Positions 1 to 10,100 of a DNA stretch of 12,813 nt are shown one piece after another. Under the pieces are notes generated by a model. It worked only from the letters and a program-made list of their open reading frames with translations, had not been told where the DNA came from and searched no databases. The position numbers and the translations under genes were made by a program. The stretch's first letter is position 1; every line of letters starts with the position of its first letter. The DNA is from Fidelibacterota bacterium (lineage in GTDB: Bacteria > Fidelibacterota > Fidelibacteria > Fidelibacterales > DSDE01): contig JBJKQR010000048.1 of the NCBI GenBank assembly GCA_046735395.1, positions 1 through 12,813 of the forward strand, in the 5' to 3' direction.

Positions 1-1
1 T

Positions 2-1045
2 ATCAGCTCCGATCGTGGAACCTTCGCCGTAGTCATAGCCTTTCTTCATGCCGTGCAGATAGGCGGAGAAGTAGAGGGAATGGGATACGCCACGGCTGCG
101 CCAGTCCGGGTGGGTGAACATGACGAAGGAGCGGGCGCCGTGGATTTTACGGCGGTACCAGAAAAATTTCGCGATTCCGATGGGCCCCAGGCGTCCGTTC
201 AGATGCTGCAGAACTTCGTTGTAGTCAGGCAGGGCGAGATTGAAGCCGATGGGCTCGTTGTGCTCATCCCGGGCAATCAGCACCATGTGCGGGTCGGCGA
301 AACGCCGCAGCCGGGAGGCCACATCCAGAATGTTTTCCTGGGACGGCGGCATGATGCCGAACCAATCCGGCGCTGAGACGCGAATGACCTGTGAAATATC
401 CGCGGCTTCCTCTTCCAGGTGGCGCAGATCCAGCGGATCAATGCGGAATCCATAGCGTTTTTTTGCGTATTCAATAGTTCGTATTTGGTGGCGGAAATCC
501 ATTTTTTTCAGATCATAATAGTAGGCGACCAGGTCGAGATTTGAGCTGTATCCGCCCTTTTCCATGAATTCGGGGTAATAGGCGGGATTATAGGTGTTCA
601 TGAGAACCGGCCGGCCATCGAAACCGCCCTGGACCAGCATGCCGCGGAAATCATCACCCTTGGTCGGTGAGATGGGGCCGATGAGCTGATTCAGTCCCCG
701 TTCCCGGGCCCAGATGTGCAGGGCGTCATCGAGAATCGCAAAGACAGACTCGTCCTGAACACATTCAAAAAACGTGAAATAGGCGGCCTTCAGCTTCAGG
801 CCCTCATTCTGTTTCCGGTCTTCCGTGATACCGGCCCGGGCCAGAGTTGTATTTCCCCGGCGGACAAGAAGAAAATCGCCGGGATTGTCCCTGAACAGGT
901 CCGTATTCCGTCTCCGGATCCAGTCCTTCTGTTCCGATCGGAGCGGCGGCACCCAGTAGGGATCCGTTCGGTAGAGACGATAGGGAAAGTCAATAAATTC
1001 TTTCAGCTCTCCGGGACGGACGGCTTTGATCAATTCAAGCGTCAT
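2..1045 (-). CDS. GNAT-fold N-acyltransferase, YghO / bacterial ceramide synthase (bCerS)-like; 3' end runs off the window
   Basis: Absent from the ORF track because there is no stop in the window. Manual translation from ATG at 1045 (GGAGGAG SD at 1051-1057): MTLELIKAVRPGELKEFIDFPYRLYRTDPYWVPPL...AYFTFFEC...LIGPISP...NTYNPAYYPEFME...ALPDYNEVLQHLNGRLGP...HPDWRSRGV. I recognise these motifs as the YghO-like family; HPDWRSRGV resembles the GNAT acyl-CoA binding motif. Confidence 0.8.
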   Translation of the reverse strand, partial: MTLELIKAVRPGELKEFIDFPYRLYRTDPYWVPPLRSEQKDWIRRRNTDLFRDNPGDFLLVRRGNTTLARAGITEDRKQNEGLKLKAAYFTFFECVQDESVFAILDDALHIWARERGLNQLIGPISPTKGDDFRGMLVQGGFDGRPVLMNTYNPAYYPEFMEKGGYSSNLDLVAYYYDLKKMDFRHQIRTIEYAKKRYGFRIDPLDLRHLEEEAADISQVIRVSAPDWFGIMPPSQENILDVASRLRRFADPHMVLIARDEHNEPIGFNLALPDYNEVLQHLNGRLGPIGIAKFFWYRRKIHGARSFVMFTHPDWRSRGVSHSLYFSAYLHGMKKGYDYGEGSTIGAD

Positions 1046-2381
1046 GGTTACTCCTCCGTTTGATGAGCAGTGCCTGCATTCTCATGTAAAATGGGTAATC
1101 GATGGGATAGACAACGATAGCGACGATGCTGATGAGATACATGGCTGTGGGTATGGGGCCGATAATCAGCCGCAGTGTGGACAGAACCTGTTCACTCTGC
1201 ACGGCATTGGCCTGATAACCTGAATAGTCGAGAAGCATGCCCACGATGAAGAGGGCGAAGGATGTGCTCAGCTGGCGCAGAAGGCTGGCAAAACCGCTGT
1301 ACAGGCCCTCCCGGCGCTGTCCGCTCTTCAGTTCATCGTATTCCACTACATCGGGAATAATGGACCAGGGCAGTACATGAATGGCCGATACTCCGATTCC
1401 GGCGGTCACGGAAAAGAAAAAGGCTGCGGATAGGGCATGACGGGGCAGGGTATAAAAGGCCATGAGCGAGACGCACATGACGGACGCGCCCCAGATATAG
1501 GCCGATTTCTTGCCGATGTGCTCGGAGACTCTCAGCCAGACGGGAAGAAAAACCGCTGCGGTGATGAAAATAAGACCCAGGAAGACATCGGACAGCGCTT
1601 CCTGATTCAGCCAGTATTTAATGTAATAGATGAGCATGGCAGCGAGGATATCCAGTGCCATCCAGGAAAAGAGAAACATGGTGAGTGCCGACCAGAATGG
1701 TTTGTTTCTCAACACGACGCGAAAGCCCTGCATGAAGGATAATTCCCGGGCAGTATCCGGCGCATCGTCCTCGCGGAGATTCAGGAAGAGGACCAATGGA
1801 GAGAGGACCAGAACTGCCGCTACGGACCAGCCCATGACGCGGTAACCCATAACCGGGTCGGGAAAGGCCTGGATGATGCGGATAGGGACAATGGAAAAGA
1901 GAATCCCGGCGCCGATGCTGAAGGCCATCCGATAGGTGGTGAGCAGTGTTCGTTCGTTGTAGCTGCTGGTCAGCTGGGCGTTGAGGCTGTTGTAGGGAAT
2001 CTGAATAAAGCTGAAGGCTGTATTGAAGAGAAGAAAAATAATCATCACGTAGATATCCCGATGGGCATCAGCCCAGGACGGCAGGCTCCACAGGAGGCCG
2101 AAAAGCAGGCCAAAGGGAAGCGCGGACCACATGAAAAAGGGGCGTCGCCGTCCGAACCGGTGCTTCAGATGGTCGCTCCAGGTCCCGATAAAGGGATCAA
2201 TGACCGCATCCCAGATCTTGCAGATGAGCAGGATAAGACCGGCACGGCCCGGAGAAATGCCGGCAACATCCGTCAGATAAAACAGAAAGAGCAGGGGAAT
2301 CACAGTGGCGGCGGCCGAATTTCCCAGGTCTCCGAATCCGTAGCTGATGCGGGTCTTGAATGACAGCGGGCTTGAGCTCAT
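1035..2381 (-). CDS. MFS transporter, glycoside-pentoside-hexuronide (MelB/MFS_2) family
   Basis: About 12 hydrophobic segments; family motifs YGFGD, WDAVIDP, GRRRPF, YNERT..T.YR, PDVVEYDELKSGQRREGLY. The ORF track starts at 2387, but ATG 2381 has better GGAGG spacing (8 nt). The 3' end overlaps the downstream GNAT gene by 11 nt. Confidence 0.92.
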   Translation of the reverse strand: MSSSPLSFKTRISYGFGDLGNSAAATVIPLLFLFYLTDVAGISPGRAGLILLICKIWDAVIDPFIGTWSDHLKHRFGRRRPFFMWSALPFGLLFGLLWSLPSWADAHRDIYVMIIFLLFNTAFSFIQIPYNSLNAQLTSSYNERTLLTTYRMAFSIGAGILFSIVPIRIIQAFPDPVMGYRVMGWSVAAVLVLSPLVLFLNLREDDAPDTARELSFMQGFRVVLRNKPFWSALTMFLFSWMALDILAAMLIYYIKYWLNQEALSDVFLGLIFITAAVFLPVWLRVSEHIGKKSAYIWGASVMCVSLMAFYTLPRHALSAAFFFSVTAGIGVSAIHVLPWSIIPDVVEYDELKSGQRREGLYSGFASLLRQLSTSFALFIVGMLLDYSGYQANAVQSEQVLSTLRLIIGPIPTAMYLISIVAIVVYPIDYPFYMRMQALLIKRRSNHDA

Positions 2382-2629
2382 ATCCATTCCCTCCAGATGT
2401 AACAGGGCGCTGATGAATCGGCGTTATGTGCCGTGTGCTGAAAGTTAGCCGCTTTTTTATGGGGGCGCAACGGAAGAAATTGGGCCCTTTGAATGTCCAT
2501 GGCAACGTGTATACGAATTTTCAATGATTAATATTGAATGGTGAATGAAACAGCCGTTGCGGGTTTGATAGTTGGCGAGCTGACGTGTGACGGGGCAGAA
2601 AAAAAATTCACCGAATCTATAGAATTTCC

Positions 2630-2657
2630 GTAGAGACCTTGCATGCATCGTCTCTAC
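2630..2657. repeat. GTAG-type REP-like palindrome
   Basis: GTAGAGAC-ct-TGCATGCA-tc-GTCTCTAC: 8-bp perfect terminal inverted repeats around a palindromic core, with the GTAG foot typical of RAYT-associated REPs. Confidence 0.65.
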
Positions 2658-2687
2658 CCCCATTTAAAGGGCGGTGAACGGTTCCTC

Positions 2688-2754
2688 CTGTCATGATTTT
2701 ATCGGCATCCTCGCGACTCGTAAAACAGATTGCGGGTCAAGCCCTCAATGACAG
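2688..2754. repeat. Degenerate GTCAT...ATGAC palindromic repeat element
   Basis: Terminal inverted repeats CTGTCAT (2688-2694) and ATGACAG (2748-2754). The 3' half AGATTGCGGGTCAAGCCCTCAATGAC forms a small hairpin; the 5' half appears decayed. Confidence 0.5.
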
Positions 2755-2770
2755 CAGGGCATGCGCAGGG

Positions 2771-2818
2771 AGGCTAAGGCTAAGGCTAAGGATGAGGTTG
2801 AGGTAGAGGTTAAGGAAG
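2771..2818. repeat. Degenerate hexamer tandem array (AGGNNN)x8
   Basis: aggcta aggcta aggcta aggatg aggttg aggtag aggtta aggaag. Confidence 0.8.
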
Positions 2819-2838
2819 AAACGAGAAACTGCCCTGCT

Positions 2839-3011
2839 ACGAAGACGGGCCTGCCGACTGTCCCCTGACGTCTGCAACTCGATACTCGTTACTCGCTACT
2901 GAGCGAAGCGAAACGAAGACGGGCTTCTCGAACCTCGCACCTACAACTCTCCCACGAGTTTGCGATCGAATCCCGGCCCCGTTGTCTTCACGTAATTCGT
3001 CATTCGTAATT
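2839..3011. repeat. Cluster of short heptamer tandem runs with a duplicated 12-mer
   Basis: ACGAAGACGGGC at 2839-2850 and 2913-2924. Heptamer runs: ctgccga/ctgtccc/ctgacgt/ctgcaac (2851-2878), actcgat/actcgtt/actcgct (2877-2897), ctcgaac/ctcgcac/ctacaac (2927-2947), cgtaatt/cgtcatt/cgtaatt (2991-3011). Confidence 0.7.
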
Positions 3012-3135
3012 AAAAAGTACTATTCGCCGGAACACCGCAGCGTTTCCTGCAAAGTAAGCGAAGGAAGCCTCTTGAATATAGGGGCGTGATCATCTAAATT
3101 CCCCGGAATCAATCATGAATTAAGGAGATGGCAGG

Positions 3136-4014
3136 ATGGACAGGAACATGAAGGGGAAGACAGAGACCGGAAAACGCAGAGGTAAATTCGGGAAACTGGT
3201 TCGGGAAGCGGCTGTAATGCTTATGGTGTCGCTGCTGGCTGTGTCCTGCAGCCGGAAAAACCGTGACAAAGCGGAACAGGCCGGTGAAAAAGGGACCTCT
3301 GCCTTTGAAACCGTGCAGGGAGCGGTGGTTCGCGGAGATACGGCGAAGAAAACCCTGTCCCTGGTCTTTACCGGCGACGAATATTCCAATGGCGGGTTCA
3401 CCATCCTGAAAACCCTGGACAGCCTCGGTGTGAAAGGCGGTTTTTTTCTGACGGGAAAGTTTTACCGGAATCCGAAGTTCAAACCGCTGGTACAGGCTCT
3501 GAAAAAGTCCGGCCATTATCTGGGCCCGCATGGTGATCAGCATCTGCAGTATTGTGACTGGAGCAAGCGGGACAGCACGCTGGTAACGAAGGAGGTCTTT
3601 GATGAGGATCTCCTCAATAATTATAAAGCATTGGCTGATTATGGCGTGACCCGGGAGGACGCCCCCTATTTTCTGCCCGCCTATGAATGGTACAATCAGG
3701 AAATCGCCGACTGGACCTCGGAACTGGGTTTCACACTCATCAATTTTACCCACGGCACCCTGAGCCATACGGATTATACGATTTCCACCGAACCCAATTA
3801 CCGGGATTCGGAAACCATTTATAAAAGCATTCTCGATTATGAAACGAAACACGGCCTGAACGGCTTTATTCTGCTCAGCCATATCGGCGTGCATCCTGAC
3901 AGGACGGATTACTTCTTTGAACATCTGGGTAACCTGATCGGTGACCTGCGGGCACGGGGCTATGAATTCGTCCCCCTGACCGAACTGCTGCAGGGCGCAG
4001 GGAAAAGTAAATGA
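3136..4014 (+). CDS. Polysaccharide deacetylase (CE4/NodB homology) family lipoprotein
   Basis: AAGGAG SD at 3122-3127; basic N-terminus, hydrophobic stretch and lipobox LAVS-C; NodB-type motifs LSLVFTGD, GGFFLTG, LGPHGDQH (HxxxH metal ligands), YFLPAYE, ILLSH, RGYEFVPL. Confidence 0.88.
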   Translation: MDRNMKGKTETGKRRGKFGKLVREAAVMLMVSLLAVSCSRKNRDKAEQAGEKGTSAFETVQGAVVRGDTAKKTLSLVFTGDEYSNGGFTILKTLDSLGVKGGFFLTGKFYRNPKFKPLVQALKKSGHYLGPHGDQHLQYCDWSKRDSTLVTKEVFDEDLLNNYKALADYGVTREDAPYFLPAYEWYNQEIADWTSELGFTLINFTHGTLSHTDYTISTEPNYRDSETIYKSILDYETKHGLNGFILLSHIGVHPDRTDYFFEHLGNLIGDLRARGYEFVPLTELLQGAGKSK

Positions 4015-4102
4015 GCGTCTGATTTATAAACAGAGTATGAATTTTGTTAAATAAAGCGGCTTCCGGTGCCGGGTCCTTTTACGGATATGACAACCAGGAT
4101 TA

Positions 4103-4720
4103 TTAAAAATCCAGCGATAAGGTAAAGGTGGCGGCGAAGATACTGAAGCCGAGCAGGACTGCACCGGGCAGCACGGCAGCATGCCAGAATTCGGGTGTGG
4201 TGCAGCTCAGGGCGACGCTGCGGGCGATTCGGGGGCTGCCGCTGTGTTTCAGCAGGCCATAATTCAGGCCCAGCCGCCATGTTTTCACTTCCAGTTCTGC
4301 CGTGAAACAGCTGCCCAGGCCGTCTTTCACATCCTCGCCGCGGTTCAGAATGCCGTCAATCCGTTCATATCTTGTTGAATAGATTCCCAGTGCCGCGCCG
4401 GCAGTCAGGCTGATATCTATGAGATTCCGCCTGTAAACCGGAACGATGACGGTTCCTTTCAGATAGGACAGATCCCAGCCGTCATTCAGATATCCCAGGC
4501 TGTACACGACATAAAAATCATTCTCCGCCTTGGGGAGGAAGCGGTTCGGCGCATAGGAGACAGACGCATCAAAACCGTCATGGCCGTTCCCCGAAAGGAT
4601 ACGGAAGGTATCCGATGCCTTGTCGTGCCGGAATGTTCTGTCGGTCTGTAGCGCCTGTCCATGGGCGTTTACTGTGAAAATCCAGCAAAGTAGCCACACC
4701 GTCATTTTTTGATGAAACAT
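4103..4720 (-). CDS. Hypothetical exported/membrane protein
   Basis: 205-aa ORF with GGAGG SD 8 nt upstream, a signal-peptide-like N-terminus (WLLCWIFTVNAHG-Q) and a hydrophobic C-terminus; no family recognised. Confidence 0.65.
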   Translation of the reverse strand: MFHQKMTVWLLCWIFTVNAHGQALQTDRTFRHDKASDTFRILSGNGHDGFDASVSYAPNRFLPKAENDFYVVYSLGYLNDGWDLSYLKGTVIVPVYRRNLIDISLTAGAALGIYSTRYERIDGILNRGEDVKDGLGSCFTAELEVKTWRLGLNYGLLKHSGSPRIARSVALSCTTPEFWHAAVLPGAVLLGFSIFAATFTLSLDF

Positions 4721-4908
4721 GATTCTGCCCTCCGGAATAAAATAAAGTAGGAAGATGAGGCCGGAAATTCAAATGATGCGGAGATCAGAGGGTAAAAAAA
4801 TTCCGGGAGAAATTCTGGTACGCCTTGAATGGAATAGAGACCGAATAAATCTTAATATATCGGAACTATAATCCCATTTTCGACGTTAAAAAATAAACGG
4901 AGATATCA

Positions 4909-4920
4909 TGACCCGGGTCA
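4909..4920. promoter_or_regulatory. Perfect 12-bp palindrome in a divergent intergenic region; possible regulator binding site
   Basis: TGACCCGGGTCA in the AT-rich region between the divergent hypothetical and MCP genes; function is inference only. Confidence 0.25.
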
Positions 4921-5068
4921 CAGAGCGAATTTTATAATTGTGACAAAAGGATGCATATACTAACTTTATTACCTAATTACTGTTTGCCGGATCAGGAAGA
5001 TCCTGCAACGAATCCATCGGATGAAGAATTTGGAGTCAAATGATGAATTACATTGAGGGGTGGTTCTA

Positions 5069-7123
5069 ATGAAGTTAACGAAATTGAATATCACGGGGAA
5101 AATAGTTCTTCCATTCACGTCTATTCTGGTGGTGACGATTCTGCTTTTTTCCATTGTGTATTATGCATCGTTTTCACGGATTGTGGATCAGTTGTCGATG
5201 CGAAGCACGATGGCAAGAGCAAAGAATGTGGCCAATGACATAAACCGGATTGGGGAGAGTGCACTGGATATGTCGGAGATTTTTGCCAAGGATCCGCTGA
5301 CATTGAATGCTTATGCCCGGCTGCAAAACGGAATGGCGCGCGAAAGTGCCATCTCCGATCTGGCCAAAATGATGAAGTCGCGCAAGACAGAATATGACAA
5401 GGCGACAGGCGGAAATCTGCGGGTTCATTTCCACACTCCTCCGGCAAAGTCCCTGCTGCGGATCTGGGACGGAAGTGGCGGGGATGATCTGTCCTCCTTC
5501 CGGAACACCATTCTGGAAATTTCCAGGACGCATAAACCCATTACCGGAATTGAAGTGGGCCGGGGCGGCTTCGTCATCCGCGGTATCGCGCCCATCTTTG
5601 CCGCGGACGGCCATTATTACGGGTCGGTTGAAACCCTGGTTTCCATGGGCAAGCTGCTGAAGGTCTCCCAGACCAATGATTACGAGGAATTGGGGATTTA
5701 CATGATCCGGGATTATCTCTCGATTGCCACCAAGTTCAAGAAGCAGGTTGAAAGTGACAAAGACATTCAGAAAAAGAGCCGGGGCGATTATATCTATTTT
5801 TCCGCAACGTCCGGGAAGCTGAGGACGGATCTCATCAATGAATCCCTTCTGAAAAAGGGCGCGACAGATGTGTCATCCCTGAAAATTGCCGGCGTTCACC
5901 TCAGTGCCTTCCCGATCAAGGACTATTCGGGCAAGACCATCGGTGTGGGCGTCTACCAGATGCATGATACCTGGCTGCAGGACCGAGTGTCGTCCATCAT
6001 GAAAAAAATACTCCTCGTCTTTTTTATCCTGCTGATCATCAGTATTTCGGTTACACTGCTTATTGCAAAATATCTGGCCCGGCCCATAACCCGGCTGAAT
6101 CATGTCGCTCTGGCCCTCGGCCGGGGTGATTATGCGCAGAAAGTGGAGTTGAACCGTGAAGATGAGCTGGGAGAGCTGGCTGTTACGCTGGGGTCCCTGG
6201 CGAAGACGCTGGAGCGGACAACCCGGGAACGGGCCGAAACTCAGGATAAGATCAAACAGAGCACGGATGACCTGAATGACATCAGCGTGACTCTGGAGCG
6301 GCTGACAAACCGGATGGGCGAAAAATCCACCAGTATCTCGGATCAGAGCAATACGGTGGCAGCCGCGGCCGAAGAGATGAGCATCAACATGGATACGATC
6401 GCGGAAGCGTCGCGAAGCTCTCAGGAAAACCTGAATTCGGTTGCTGCGGCTACGCAGGAAATGACCGCCACCGTCGGTGAGATAGCCCAGAGCACGGAGG
6501 AAGCCCGGCAGATTACCAGCAAGGCTGTTCAGAACGTGGGTTCCGCGTCCGAAATTGTCAACAAGCTGGGCCATGCCGCAAAAGATATCAGCGAAGTGAC
6601 CAGCACCATCGTGGAAATTTCCGAACAGACAAAACTGCTGGCCCTGAATGCGACCATTGAAGCCGCCCGGGCCGGAGAAGCCGGCAAGGGATTTGCCGTC
6701 GTCGCCAACGAGGTGAAGGAACTGGCCGCGCAGACGAATGATGCCATCGCCAATATCAGCCAGAAGATCCTGGCCATTCAGGCAGGCACGGACGAAACCG
6801 TAAAGGAAATCTCTTCCATCACCAGCGTGATCGAGAGTGTGAATAATATTGTCAATACCATCGCCACGGCGGTTGAGGAGCAGAATGTGACCACCCGGGG
6901 CATCGCCACCAATATCACCCAGGCCACCGACGGCATGAATGAAGTGGTGACGAATGTAACCCAGGCCGCCAGCGCCTCCCGGGACGTGGCCCGGAACATC
7001 ATCACCGTCAATGACGACATCACCCTCATCCGCCAGACCGGCGAAGATCTGAAGGAAACCACCGGCAAGATCATGTCCACCGGCAACCAGCTCGCCGACA
7101 TGGCCACCCGCCTGGAGGATTAG
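5069..7123 (+). CDS. Methyl-accepting chemotaxis protein (TM - double Cache-type sensor - TM - HAMP - MA domain)
   Basis: Hairpin-tip motif [41 protein letters not shown]-like ARPITRL...REDELGELA; two TM helices; sensor motifs RVHFH...SLLRIW...GDDLSSFR...[17 protein letters not shown] resembling dCache_3. ATG 5069 has GAGGGG 8 nt upstream (the ORF track uses GTG 5060). Confidence 0.95.
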   Translation: MKLTKLNITGKIVLPFTSILVVTILLFSIVYYASFSRIVDQLSMRSTMARAKNVANDINRIGESALDMSEIFAKDPLTLNAYARLQNGMARESAISDLAKMMKSRKTEYDKATGGNLRVHFHTPPAKSLLRIWDGSGGDDLSSFRNTILEISRTHKPITGIEVGRGGFVIRGIAPIFAADGHYYGSVETLVSMGKLLKVSQTNDYEELGIYMIRDYLSIATKFKKQVESDKDIQKKSRGDYIYFSATSGKLRTDLINESLLKKGATDVSSLKIAGVHLSAFPIKDYSGKTIGVGVYQMHDTWLQDRVSSIMKKILLVFFILLIISISVTLLIAKYLARPITRLNHVALALGRGDYAQKVELNREDELGELAVTLGSLAKTLERTTRERAETQDKIKQSTDDLNDISVTLERLTNRMGEKSTSISDQSNTVAAAAEEMSINMDTIAEASRSSQENLNSVAAATQEMTATVGEIAQSTEEARQITSKAVQNVGSASEIVNKLGHAAKDISEVTSTIVEISEQTKLLALNATIEAARAGEAGKGFAVVANEVKELAAQTNDAIANISQKILAIQAGTDETVKEISSITSVIESVNNIVNTIATAVEEQNVTTRGIATNITQATDGMNEVVTNVTQAASASRDVARNIITVNDDITLIRQTGEDLKETTGKIMSTGNQLADMATRLED

Positions 7124-7150
7124 GGGAGAGACGTTTTATAATATAAATTC

Positions 7151-7185
7151 AAAAGCCCTGTCGTGATCAGACGGGGCTTTTTTTT
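7151..7185. terminator. Rho-independent terminator, probably bidirectional
   Basis: AAAA-GCCCTGTC-gtgatca-GACGGGGC-TTTTTTTT between the convergent MCP and hsdR stops; 8-bp stem with one G-U pair and A/T tracts on both sides. Confidence 0.85.
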
Positions 7186-10100
7186 ATCGCCGCATTGTTA
7201 ATTCATTTGCCAGCAGTTCTGCCTGCTTCAAAACAGTCTCTGTTGCCAGCTTCTGCATGTCAGGCGGATAACCATATTTACGAAGAAGCCGTTTAACAGC
7301 AACCTTTAGTCTGGCGCGAACACTTTCCTTGATCTGCCAGTCGATGCTTGCATTGTTTCGAATGGTTTCGGTCAGCACGATGGCCAGCTCCCGCAGCTTG
7401 TCCTGCTGCATCAATTCCCGGGCACTCTGATTATCTGCTACGGCAGTGTAAAAGGCGTATTCATATTCGGTCAGTCCCATATCCATGGCTTCATTATCCA
7501 AATCGACAATTTCTTTGGACAGCTTAATAAGCTCGTCAATCACTTCCGCTGCGGTCAGGATCTTATTGTGATACCGTCTGATAGAATCTTCAAGCATTTC
7601 CATCAGGCTTTTACTCTTCACCAGATTCCGTTTCGCCCTGGCTTTAATCTCCTCGTTCAGAAGTTTCTTCAAAACTTCCAACGCAACATTCTTATGTTTC
7701 ATGCCCTTCAGCTCCATCAGAAATTCATCTGAAAGGATGGAGATGTCCGGTTTCTTTATTCCCGCTGCACTAAAGACATCAATCACTTGCTCGGCCACCA
7801 AAGCTTTATCAATGACCTGCCGTATCGTCATTTCAATTTCTTCATCCGTATGGCCAGTGCCGCTGACGTCAAATTTGACTAACCGCGCTTTCACTGCCTG
7901 AAAGAACGCAACTTCATCCTTAATATCCATTGCCTGTTCATGGGGAATTGCAATCGCAAAAGCTTTGGACAAAGCTGTCACTTCATTGACATAACGTTTT
8001 TTGCCATCATCAAGTCCCAGAATATGCTCTTCCGCTGCCAAAATCATAGACAGCTTCATTGATGTATCAGCTTCGAAGTAGTTCGCGTAAGCAAAGCCAT
8101 GATACATATCTGATACGACTTCCATTTTCTCCATCATTAATTGAACCGCCTGTTCCTGTAGGACTGTCGGGTCTCCCTTGCCTCCGGAATCGGAATAAAA
8201 TGAAAGTGCCTTTTTCAAATCTGAAGCAATCCCAAGGTAATCAACTACCAGCCCACCCGGTTTATCCTTATAGACCCTGTTTACCCGAGCAATGGCCTGC
8301 ATCAGATTATGACCTTTCATCGGCTTGTCGATATAAAGTGTGTGCATACAAGGCACATCGAATCCGGTGAGCCACATATCCCGTACAATCACAAGTTTTA
8401 ATTCATCATCGGGTGATTTCATCCGGTCCGCCAGAAATCGTCGTTGCTCTTTGCTTGTATAATGTTTGGCTATTTGGGGGCCATCTGATGACGCTGATGT
8501 CATGACAACCTTAATCGACCCTTTTCCTAATTCATCCGAATGCCACTCTGGTCTTATCCTGATAATTTCATCGTAGAGTTCAGCGGCTATTCTGCGGCTC
8601 ATTGTCACGATCATCGCCTTGCCTGCAAAAACAGACTGTCGCTGTTCAAAATGGCGGATGATATCCTCGGCAATTTTGCTTAATCGAGTTGCGCTTCCAA
8701 CCAGTGCCTCAAGTTGTGTCCATTTCGCTTTTGCCAGTTGAGAATCCGTCATTGAATCCTTATCCAGCTCATCATCAAGATCATGGACTAATTTCTTGCC
8801 TTCATCGGAAAGGATAACTTTTGCTAAACGGCTTTCATAAAAAATCCTGACCGTCGCTCCATCCTCAATAGCCTGTGCGATGTCATAGATATCAACATAA
8901 TTTCCAAAAACTGCCGGAGTATTGACATCCGTACTCTCAATGGGCGTTCCTGTGAAGCCCAGATATGTAGCATTGGGCAAGGCATCACGTAGATACTTGG
9001 CGAAACCATACACAATCTTCTTTCCGATAACATCGCCATTCTCATTTTTGTCATCTATGGTTTTAGCTTTAAATCCATATTGGGTTCGATGGGCTTCATC
9101 TGCAATGACGACAATATTCTGACGGTCTGATAACGTTTCATAGACATTCCCTTCGTCCGGCTGGAATTTGTGAATCGTCGTGAATACCACACCACCGGAT
9201 GCGACCTTCAGCAATTCTTTCAGATGCTCCCTGTTTTCAGCCTGTACAGGTTCCTGTCTCAGAAGTTGTTTGGATGCTGCGAAGGTATCAAAGAGCTGGT
9301 CGTCCAAATCATTCCGGTCAGTAATAACAACTATGGTCGGATTATCCAAAGCCAGTACGATTTTACCGGTATAGAAGACCATAGAAAGGCTTTTCCCGCT
9401 TCCCTGGGTGTGCCATACCACGCCACCTTTTCTGTCTCCATGAGGCTGTCTGCTGACCCCCCTCAATCCGTACTCCTCGGGCCTTTCCGAAACAGTCCCC
9501 TCCTGTGGAGGGGTGGATGCCGACGGCAGACGGGGTGGTTCTTCTGCAGAGTGAAAAAAATTCACCGCAGGGTGTTCCCACAGCCGATCCAATAAATCAT
9601 CACAGCGATGCATGACATCATCAACGGAAAAATGTAAAACCGTTAATCCCAGTGATTCCAGATACGCATCTCTCTTTTTATCATAGTCAACTTTGTCATC
9701 ATGGCTGCTGCCGTCAATTTCTATGACCAACTGACCTTGGCTGCAATAAAAATCGACAATATAATTCCCGATGATTTTCTGTCGGTCAAAATCCAGACCG
9801 CGGAATTGACCGTTTTTAACACGGTTCCAGAAAAGAACCTCCGGAAGATTGCCGGCTTTTCTAAGTTTCTGTGCACGCTCTTTAAGTTTTGAATTGTAGG
9901 GAAGCGAGAAGTAATGCGCGCTTGACCGATGTATACTTAATGAATTCCCCTCCCATGGAGGGGTGCCCGTCAGGGCGGGGTGGTTCTTCCCCTCCCATGG
10001 AGGGGTGGATGTCGACGGCAGACGGGGTGGTTCATTCCCCTCCTGTGGAGGGGTGGATGCCGACGGCAGACGGGGTGGTTCTTCCCTCTCCCCCGGAGTG

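Noticed and set aside
53..2363. Plus-strand ORFs 53-376, 240-455, 716-1063, 1026-1223, 1437-1742, 1630-1845, 2061-2363
   Set aside because: Antisense shadows of the GNAT and MFS genes with no recognisable motifs.
2197..2663. Minus-strand ORFs 2197-2505 and 2457-2663 as leader or small genes
   Set aside because: No family motifs; one overlaps the MFS gene out of frame and the other runs through the REP-like palindrome at its start.
4721..5068. c-di-GMP riboswitch or sigma-28 promoter upstream of the MCP gene
   Set aside because: I found no GEMM-type two-hairpin consensus and no convincing TAAA-N15-GCCGATAA match by eye; an Rfam/Infernal scan would be needed to exclude it.
3109..7107. Minus-strand ORFs 3109-3924, 5121-5447, 5174-5614, 5873-6574, 6529-6777, 6778-7107
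   Set aside because: Antisense to the well-supported deacetylase and MCP genes.
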